This document shows positions 55,348 through 64,000 of a stretch of DNA of 64,000 nucleotides, piece by piece (the stretch's first letter is position 1; the number at the start of each line of letters is the position of its first letter). Origin of the DNA: Eledone cirrhosa. Lineage: Eukaryota. The stretch covers positions 46,934,001-46,998,000 of the forward strand of contig OZ024742.1 in assembly GCA_964016885.1 (NCBI GenBank), read 5' to 3'. The notes beneath the pieces were generated by a model that saw only the letters and a program-made list of their open reading frames with translations, did no database searches and was not told the DNA's origin. The translations under genes were made by a program, and so were the position numbers.

Positions 55348-55825
55348 AAGAAAAAGGGATGAAATCGAAAATGCAACTGAAGTCTTATTTTTTTTTTTAA
55401 ATATATATATTTATTTGGTTCCTTTACCGGTTTCGCAATTCTTCTGCTTTTCAAAAGGTGAGTTGAGATGGAGGGTCTTTGGTTTTTCTCACATCTGGTT
55501 GGTCTCTAAATTTATTATAATTATTGACAAACCAATCAAATTACTTCTCGAAAAACCTGGTTTTCGAGCCACTTTTTCCATATAAAACAAGTAACATTTA
55601 GAGACCAACCAGATGTGAGAAAAACCACAGACCCTCCATCTCAACTCACCTTTTGAAAAGCAGAAGAAATGCGAAACCGGTAAAGGAACCAGATAAATAT
55701 ATATATTTAAAAAAAAAATAAGACTTCAGTTGCATTTTCGATTTCATCCCTTTTTCTTTATACTTCCACTCGTGTAGGACACCTCGGTTATTTTTCATTT
55801 TGTAAAAAAAAACCTCACTTTCTAA
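55348..55825. mobile_element. Foldback of the U3-A8 pLTR-like family with two HHR copies
   Basis: 55348-55511 is inverted at ~55597-55760. HHRs lie at 55421-55458 (minus) and 55649-55686 (+), with (TA)n on both sides. Confidence 0.88.
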
Positions 55826-55833
55826 TATATCTA

Positions 55834-55874
<41 letters not shown>

Positions 55875-55876
<2 letters not shown>

Positions 55877-56134
55877 AAGGCGGGTAAAATTCCCGAGATC
55901 CATGGACGAGTTCTCTCCAGCGGTCTCTGTCCCTCATTATCGCTGCCATATCCTGCATCTCCAACAGACCAGTGTCTGTCCTTAGGGCATCAACATATGT
56001 TAACCTTGGTCTTCCTCTTCTAGTGTGTCCATGTACGGGCGCCCAAAGGAGCACTGAGTGCAATGTCAACTCTGGATGTCGGTGAGCATGTCCAGCCAAC
56101 CTCAGTCTCCTCTGTGTCACTTTTGAGCTGACTT

Positions 56135-56137
<3 letters not shown>
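55875..56137 (-). mobile_element. RTE-clade LINE 3' fragment
   Basis: [34 protein letters not shown], between (TA)n arrays. Confidence 0.85.
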
Positions 56138-56210
<73 letters not shown>

Positions 56211-56297
56211 ATATATATATATATCTCTATATATATATATATCTATATATATCTATATATATCTATATATATATATCTATATCTATATATATCTATA

Positions 56298-56340
<43 letters not shown>

Positions 56341-56346
<6 letters not shown>

Positions 56347-57009
56347 GTAGTTCCACAACTGTTAATTCACCATTTCGGAGAACAATTGTTTCACCTTACT
56401 CGCATCACAGCTCGGTTTAAATGAGAATATACGGAAAATTAGAAAATGAATTGCACAAATATGAATGTGCAGAATAAGTCACTTCTCAAAGGAGAGTCAA
56501 CCAACGTTAGATCGGTGCGGAGGAGAAAATACTGTGAAATCTCAAAATATAATAAATTATTCATGTTATTCGGTCCAGCATATAATAGAGTAATCATGTC
56601 TAAATTCAAGTAATGATCTTTTCTCGCGTTGTCCGAATGTTTCAAAACACCTATTACGTAATTTCAAAGCTCCAGACTGGCTAATATGATTAATCTATTA
56701 TATGCTGGACTGAATAACATGAATAATTTATTATATTCTGAGTTTTCACAGTCGTCTCACCCCACGAACCGATCTAACGTGGGTTAGTACTCTTTGGGAA
56801 GTGACTTCTTCTGCACATGCGTATTACTGCAACATTTTTTTTCCTTTTCCGTATAATCTCATTTAAACCGAGTTGATGATCCAACTAAAACTAAGGTGAA
56901 ACAATTGTTCACGGAAATGGAGAATAAACTGTTGTAGAACTACCTCTACCAATCTCGTCCCATCGACTGAGTGCTCTACTACTACGGATATAACGCACCA
57001 GTGTTCTAC

Positions 57010-57013
<4 letters not shown>
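56341..57013. mobile_element. Diverged foldback PLE-like remnant with two hammerhead copies
   Basis: 56341-56600 is inverted at ~56685-56945. HHRs at 56376-56415 (minus) and 56868-56914 (+) give the consensus CCGAG-CUGAUGA..GAAA-CAAUUG-UU-CUCGG. Confidence 0.72.
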
Positions 57014-57042
<29 letters not shown>

Positions 57043-57045
<3 letters not shown>

Positions 57046-57403
57046 AAAAATTAAACGGGAACAAAACAGAGAGGCAGTACGAACAAAGGTTTGGGGTGGT
57101 GGTGGGGAACGACGTTTCGGGCATAAGCCCTTCTTCAGGTGAAAAGTGTATGGGAAGAGAGTTCCAAGGGTGTGTAGGGGAGGGGTGGAGAGACATATAG
57201 AAAAAAGGGGGTGAGAGGAAACGGTACAAATGAAATTAAATATGAAAGCATAATAAAAATAAAAAAAATACAAATAAACATGAAGTAAAACAGGTGGTGG
57301 AAGGGTGTGAGGCGGGTAGGGGTGGTGGCGGGTGGAGTGGGGAGAAGGAGGCGGGGTGTCCGAGCGGGGAGGGCTGAAGGTGGTGGTGTGTGTGTAGGTG
57401 TAC

Positions 57404-57434
<31 letters not shown>

Positions 57435-60400
57435 AAAGTAAGAGTTGGGGGAAGAACGGGGTTGCATGTTCAGGAAGAGGTGTGTGTGGGATGGGGTGTA
57501 AGTGTGTGTGTGCTTGTGTGGATGGGGAGGGGTCAGAGGGGTGGGGGGAGTTGATTTCGGAGGCTGAGTGTGTAAATATGTGGTAGTACGCACGTGTGTA
57601 TGTGGTGTTTATGCATGTTGTGGATGTAGGTGGCGTGTGGGGAAACAATTTTTTTGAGTGTATGTCAGTGGGTGAGTCCTTAACGTAGTTCCGTAGAGGA
57701 TGTGGTAGAATGCTGGGTAATATCCTTGGGATGTGGTGGATTCTATGGATCGATGTTCAATATGTGTAATCCGTGGTTGGTCGGAAGAGGGGAGATGTGG
57801 GGTGCGCGCGCAACAGGAAGTGGTCAGAGGGTCAAGGCAGGAGGAGGGTTGTGTGTCTGTGTGTGCGGGGAGGTGGTCAGAGATAAGGGCATAGCAGCAG
57901 TCGGGTAGAATGGTAAGTGAAGAAAGTCGGTGTGTCAGTGTGTGCGGAGGTGCGGTGGACAGGGGTGAGGATGGGTAGGTGTGAAAGTTGGAGTGAGAAG
58001 GGGATGTGTGTGTATTAGTAGTGGGATGTTTGTGTGTGGGAAAGGGTGTGGGTGGAGCGGCGAGAGAAGGGTGTGGGGGACGGTGGAGAGAGTGTAGTGT
58101 ACAGGTGTGTGGGTGCGTGTTTGGATGAGTGTTTGTGTGGTGAAGGCGGTGTTAGTGGGTGTTAGTATACTGGAGGTGGGGAAAGGGTTGAATGCGGGTG
58201 TGAGTGGGGGTCAGTGGTGGTAGGGTGTGTAGAGTGAGTGGTGTAAGTGGGTGTGTGTGTTTGTGTGCGTAGGGTTGGGGGGTGTTAGTGATGTTAGTTG
58301 CGTGTAGAGTGGGTGGTGTAAGTGGGTGTGTGTGTTCGTGTGCGTTGGGTCGGGGGGTGTTAGTGATGTTAGTTGCGGGGTGGTGAGGTGGATGTGTGGG
58401 GGTGAGGGTTAGTGGTGGTAGTAGGGTGTGTGTTTAGTGTGAGCGCGTGTATATATGTACCGGTGGGTGTGTGCGTGTGATAAGGGGAGGGGGGAAGAAG
58501 GGAGGGATGTTAGTATATTAGTTGGGGAAGGGTGGTCGGGTATGGGTGGAGGTGTTAGTATTGTTAGTTGTGGGGTGGGCGGTGAAAAGGAGGGGTGTGT
58601 TAGTGGTGTTAGTGGGGGATATGTGTGGGGGGAGGGGGGCGGTCGAACGCTAAATAAATAAGGGTGGGGAGTTCAGGCCGGGGGAAGTGTGGGTCTGTAG
58701 GGTGAAGATGGTTTGTTGTTCGACCCTGAGAAGAAGAAGGGTGTTCCGTGGCATTGGAGTAGGCCACAGACTCTGAGGTGGTGTGCAGAATGTCCAGGGG
58801 CACCAAAGTGGCGGGCGATGGGGGAACTACCACCGAGACGAATATCTCGGAGGTGTTCGGTAAACCGGTCCGCCAGGCGACGTCCAGTCTGTCCGACGTA
58901 GGTTGCGCTGCACTCCCTGCAGCGAAGTTCGTAGACTAGGTTGGAGGAGGTGCAGTGGAAGGCATGTCGGACAGAGAGAGAGTGGCCGTTGGGACCCTGG
59001 AAGGTGGTGGTGTTGGTGATGTGGGGACAGGTGTTGCAGCGGGGCCTGGAACAGGAAGGGAACCGGGGGGGGGAGCGTGGGTTGGGGTAGGGAGCTGCGG
59101 ACGAGGAGGGTGCGGAGATTGCGTGCACGTTTGAAGGAGGGGAGTGGTGGGGCTGGGAAGATGTGGGAGGTGGAGGGGTCGGACTGGAGGCGTCGGAAGA
59201 GCGGAGGATGGTGCGGTGGAGGGCTATGGTGGAGGGGTGGTAGGTGATGGGGAAGGGGAAACGGTGGGTGGGTGGCGGTGGCGTGGGGTCAGGGTGGTGG
59301 AGCGGTGGACAGCACGGGCGCGGGTGAGAGCGGTGTGGACTAGAGAGGGGGGGGTAACCTCTGCTGATGAAATGGCTGACTAGGGAAAGGGCCTGGGACT
59401 CAAAGTCAGATCTCGGCTACAGAGGCGGCGGATCCTGAGGAGTTGGGAGTAGGGAATAGAGTGTTTAGTGTGTGTAACGGTGGGAAGAGGTGAAGTCGAG
59501 GTAGGAGTGGGAGTCGGTGGGTTTGAAGAAGGCGGAGGTGACGAGGGAGTGGTGGGACGGGTCGAAGACGACGGAGATGTCTAAGTAGTGGACGTGGGTG
59601 GTGGAGATAGAGGTGGTGAAGTGGAGGGAGGGGTGGAAGGAGCAGAAGAAGGAGAGAAAGGAGTCGAGCTGTTCTCGGGTGAGGGTCGTGGCTCCGATAC
59701 TGTCGTCGATGTAACGACCGTACAGTTTGCGCGTGAGGCCGGTGTACTGGAAAAAGGTTGGCATAGTTTGGGCCCATTCTTGTACCCATGGCTACCCCCG
59801 TGACCTGTTGGTAAAACTCACTCGAGAAGGAGAAACACTTGAGGGTGAGGACCAGCTCGGCGAGGCGAAGGAGGGTGGGGGTGGAGGGGATGGGGGAGGG
59901 GCGAAGGTCGAGGTAGTGCTTGAGGGCACGTAGGCCGTGGGCGTGGGGGATGACGGTATAGAGGGACTTGATATCTCGGGTGAAGAGGAAGGGCTGTGGG
60001 CCGGCTGGTAGGTGAAGGAGTCGAAAAGGCGCAGGGCGTAGTTGGTGTCGGAGATGTGGGAGGGGAGGGGGGTGACGTGGGGGCGAGGATGGTGTCAAGA
60101 AAGGCGGAGATGAGTTCGGTGGGGCAGTTGCAAGCGGAGACGATGGGGCGGCCGGGGTTGTCGGGTTTGTGGAGTTTGGGGAAGAAGTAGATGGTGGGGG
60201 TGCGGGGGGTGCAGACGATGAGGTGGGAAGTGGTGGGGGAGGAGGGAGGAGGAGACAAGGTGTTGGATGGTGGAGGAAACTTGTTGTTGGTAGAGGGGTG
60301 TGGGATCGGAGGGTAGAGGGCGGTAGATAAGAGGGTTACGGAGCTGTCTGAGGGCTTCGGTCATGTAGAGGTCCGCGTGTCACACCACCACGGCGCCTCC

Positions 60401-60552
60401 CTTGTCCGCCGGTTTGATGACGATGTCATTGCGGCTACGGAGGGAGCGGAGAGCGAGGAGTTCGCCCCGTGAGATGTTATTCCGTTTGGAACGGTGGCGG
60501 AAGTCGAAACGAATTACGGCGCTACGGCTGGCATCGACGAACGCGTCCAGGG
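57043..60552 (-). mobile_element. Penelope-like element family C (Neptune-like), frameshifted
   Basis: IKPADKGGAVVV, PKLHKPDNPGRPIVS, DIKSLYT, GVAMGTRMGPNYANLF, RYIDD, KPTD, CSRPRCNTC and NLVYELRC..YVGQTGRRLADRFTEH. The sense strand is strongly C-rich and the 3' end is at (TA)n. Confidence 0.95.
57109..57140 (-). ncRNA. Minimal hammerhead typical of PLE pLTRs
   Basis: AC-CUGAAGA-A-GGGC uuau GCCC-GAAA-CG-UC-GU, with a short stem I. Confidence 0.8.
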
Positions 60553-60656
60553 TATATATATATACATGCACTCACACACACACGCACACGAAATTTCTCT
60601 ATTTTTCTCCCATCCTCTCGCCTTCTCTCTCTCTCTCTCTTTATATATATATATAT

Positions 60657-61200
60657 TTCGTTTCTGAATTTGATTAGTAAGATTCTTTATCTGAAAACAT
60701 GTGTTGAAACCGATATTGTTATACTTTGGGAGGATTATGTTGCCAATAAGAAACACACGTACCAGTTGCTTTCACTCCGATTTATTATAAATTAAATTTT
60801 AAATTTTAAAATTTATAAATTTCCGGTTGGTTGGTTGGTTCCACAACCGGACGGTTGTTCATATATTGTCAAAGTTCTAAATTAACAAATAAAAACACAC
60901 ACAGACACCCGGATGTAATACATGAGCAAACTTAGCACACAGCACACATAAAAACAAGATGGCGTAGGACAGAACAAAGGAGAGGCACAAAACAAAGAAA
61001 AGAATCCCCAGTCTCTGAAGAGGTCACAGAATGTGTGACGAAAGAACTTTAACAATATATGAACAACCGTCCGGTTGTGGAACCAACCGACCAACCGGAA
61101 ATTTATAAATTTTTAAATTTATAATTTAATTCATAATAAATTGGAGTGAAAGCAACTGTTGCGTGTGTTTCTTATTGGCAACATGACCCTCCCAAAGTAT

Positions 61201-61205
<5 letters not shown>
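60657..61205. mobile_element. Solo foldback of the family A pLTR
   Basis: 60657-60878 matches 18998-19218, and 60883-61205 is the reverse orientation with an HHR at 61011-61053. TA arrays lie on both sides. Confidence 0.9.
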
Positions 61206-61264
<59 letters not shown>

Positions 61265-61641
61265 ATAAGTACATGTATATTTATATGTGTATTAATACTT
61301 ATTTCTTAAGTTTCCCCACTAACAACATTTTATGGGAAATTCATGATGTTTCATGAGTTTCCACTATGTATGGTGAGCATAGCAGCTTAGAAATGGCTTA
61401 TTGATTACTATTTGCTGTACAATGTTTAAAACTTTTGACCAGTCCCAAACGAATATTAGATATGCATACGTGTTTCTCTTATGTTCAGCTGTTGAATCAG
61501 ACGCATTATTAATACTCCCATACGTGGAAAATCGATTATAATTTCTACAATTCACACGTACACACACAAACAAATACCCCCATTGTATAGACACATACAC
61601 ACACACATGCACATACATACAAACACACACACATATACATA

Positions 61642-62075
61642 TATAAACAAGAAGCGTAACTCAACAGGGTAAAATTAGCTTCGTTATTCATATTAACTGC
61701 TATATATATTTCAGTGATGGCCATTATTCAACAGCTATGACCTCACCAGGCAGTAAGAACTTGAACAGAAAAAATAGGAAAACATGAGGTAATAGATTTT
61801 ACCTTGTTAATTCATTGATATGCCCAGCTCCAGGATGTGTTCTTAGTCCTCTAACGAACTGTTCAAGTTCTTACTGACTGATGAGTTCATAGCTGTTGAA
61901 TAATGGCTATCACTGAAATATATATAGCAGCGCATATGAATAAACGAAGCTATCTTACCCTAATTTTACGCTTCTTGTTTTTATATTACTCCGGAGTAAA
62001 CAGACCAACCTGGCACTCGTTGAGTGCTCCAACCAGCATACCAGGTGTCGGTAAACAGCCAACACATACAATTAT
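61642..62075. mobile_element. Foldback element with two hammerhead copies
   Basis: 61642-61768 is inverted at 61859-61984. At 61874-61930 (+): CUGA-CUGAUGA-long stem II-GAAA-UAUAUA-UA-GCAG. At 61697-61753 (minus): CUGC-CUGGUGA, so the two copies have complementary defects. Confidence 0.78.
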
Positions 62076-62985
62076 ATATATATATATATATATAATATAA
62101 GATCAAAAGATGGTTAAAGGAGTTCCATATATTTTATTATGCGCATTTCAAAAACAAACATCATCAAGCAATAATATTTGTGTTTTCATCAGATAAAACA
62201 GGAGAACATGATATGAAGGCTAAAAAACACTTGTTGATAGTGCAGTTTTAAATCAACATATGAAAAGTGGTTTTAGATTGATGTGTGATATTGGGAAAAA
62301 TATTTTATTTAGAGAGGGGGGGGGGGGATGAAAAGGGAAGGAGATGAGAGGGAGAGATGGGTGATAGAGAGAAAGAGATAGTTTTTATAACTGAGAGGAG
62401 ATATATTTTTTTACATAGAGGGGTTGAAAACCGTTGGAAGATACTGTATAAATTAAAAATTTTGAAAATTAACGAAGGGAGGATATGTGCGAGGAAAAAA
62501 TATTTTATTTAGGGAGGGGGGGTGGAAAGGATGAAAAAAAGGGGGGAGGAGATGAGAGTGAAGGTGGAGAGGGAGAGATGGGTGATAGAGAGAAAGAGAT
62601 AGTTTTTATAACTGAGAAAAAGATATATTGTTTTAATATAGAGAGGTTGGGAACCGTTGGAAGATAATGTATAAATTAAAGGAATTTGAAAATTAACGAA
62701 GGGAAATTATGTATGAAGATAGAGAGAAAAAAATAATAATTGTGGGTGAATATTCTAACGTCAAAAGAAGAAATGTATGTATTGTGGCAATTTCAAAATT
62801 AGCGAAGAGAAAAGTTGTTATGGTTTGTGTGTAGAAGGATTTGAGAAAAATAATGTGAAGTTAAAGTTTGTATATTGAATTGATATGTATTAATAATGAG
62901 TTCGTTGATGGGGAGAAAAAAATAATAATAAATTAAGGATGAAATTGAGATTAAAAAGATTTATGATAGAGAGAAAAAATAATAA

Positions 62986-63172
62986 TTGTTTCTACTTTTG
63001 GCACAAGGCCAGTAATTACCCAGTGCATTACTGGTACTTTATTTTATCGACCCCGTAAGGATGAAAGGCAAAGTCAACCTCGGCGGGATTTGAACTCAGA
63101 TCGTAAAGGGACGTAACTATGCTGGAAAGCATGGCGTCCGACCCTCTACTGATGCTGCCAATCCACCACCCT
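62986..63172 (-). mobile_element. SINE inserted in the PLE
   Basis: Same core as 37624-38050 plus a tRNA-like head (B-box-like gagttcaaatcc on the minus strand), flanked by the duplicated gagaaaaaataataat. Confidence 0.8.
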
Positions 63173-63907
63173 GAGAAAAAATAATAATGATTGCGGATGA
63201 ATATTCAAAATGTCAAAAACAAATGTTATTATTTTACGAGAAGATAGAATGAGGGTAATGAGTAAACGAGTATTATAGAGTGTATAATGCCCTTTAAAGT
63301 AAGGTAAGGTAGATGGGTATATTTTAAAGAGGTGTATGTATATGTGCCTTTGAGAAAAGATTCTAAATTGATAAAGAATTGAATATTAACTGTATACTTT
63401 GTGAAAAGTTCTATGGAATTTATGCAGGCAGATAGAAAACAAATCTGAGCGTCTGTTTATTATAGAATCTAGGTTAGAGATAATGGTAAATTTTTCATTT
63501 AGGCAGAGATTACAGATTTTAGATAGAGAGCTGTTCAAGTATGAGGATGCAGAAGAAATCTTTTTCTAAAAGATGTTCTCCTGCATTTTTTTCTCAATAT
63601 TTTTTCCTCGCACATATCCTCCCTTCGTTAATTTTCAAAATTTTTAATTTATACAGTATCTTCCAACGGTTTTCAACCCCTCTATGTAAAAAAATATATC
63701 TCCTCTCAGTTATAAAAACTATCTCTTTCTCTCTATCACCCATCTCTCCCTCTCATCTCCTTCCCTTTTCATCCTTTTCCTCCCCCCCCCCTCTCTAAAT
63801 AAAATATTTTTCCCAATATCACACATCAATCTAAAACCACTTTTCATATGTTGATTTAAAACTGCACTATCAACAAGTGTTTTTTAGCCTTCATATCATG
63901 TTCTCCT

Positions 63908-63976
63908 GTTTTATCTGATGAAAACACAAATATTATTGCTTGATGATGTTTGTTTTTGAAATGCGCATAATAAAAT
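63908..63976 (+). ncRNA. Type I hammerhead ribozyme (matching inverted copy at 62131-62199, minus)
   Basis: GUUUUAU-CUGAUGA-AAACACAAAUAUUAUU gcuu GAUGAUGUUUGUUUUU-GAAA-UGCGCA-UA-AUAAAAU, with a canonical core and palindromic stem III. Confidence 0.88.
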
Positions 63977-64000
63977 ATATGGAACTCCTTTAACCATCTT

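Larger units (their letters stand above)
62100..64000. mobile_element. 5'-truncated PLE (minus) with inverted pLTR copy, ~400-bp arms, running off the window
   Basis: 62107-62500 is inverted at ~63600-64000. The minus strand at 63420-63580 reads ICNLCLNEKFTIISNLDSIINRRSDLFSICLH, homologous to the C-terminus of ORF 50736-51128. An internal ~200-bp tandem duplication spans 62295-62705. Confidence 0.88.

Overview
AT-rich animal genomic DNA, probably an octopod cephalopod (inferred only from the SINE type and microsatellite load). No host gene is recognisable; the window is almost entirely transposon-derived and broken up by (TA)n, (AAT)n, (GA)n and (GAA)n microsatellites. It holds several Penelope-like elements (PLEs: RT plus C-terminal GIY-YIG), two R4/Dong-type RLE LINE copies, a Tx1/L1 LINE, CR1-like and RTE-like LINE remnants, a Gypsy LTR element with a tRNA-Trp PBS, two non-autonomous Helitrons and SINE fragments. 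The main result from reading by eye is a dense set of type I hammerhead ribozyme (HHR) motifs: about 16 unrelated sequence families and about 25 intact or decayed copies. They lie in PLE pseudo-LTRs and in small non-coding tandem or foldback elements whose 3' ends nearly always abut (TA)n. Three unrelated families carry the compensatory U3-A8 core (UUGANAA) in place of CUGANGA. Several pairs of unrelated retroelements are fused 5'-to-5' with both 3' ends in a microsatellite. The Gypsy element is flanked by an anomalous ~190-bp duplication of a palindrome centre. All folds and alignments were done by eye; boundaries are approximate and no ribozyme activity is shown.
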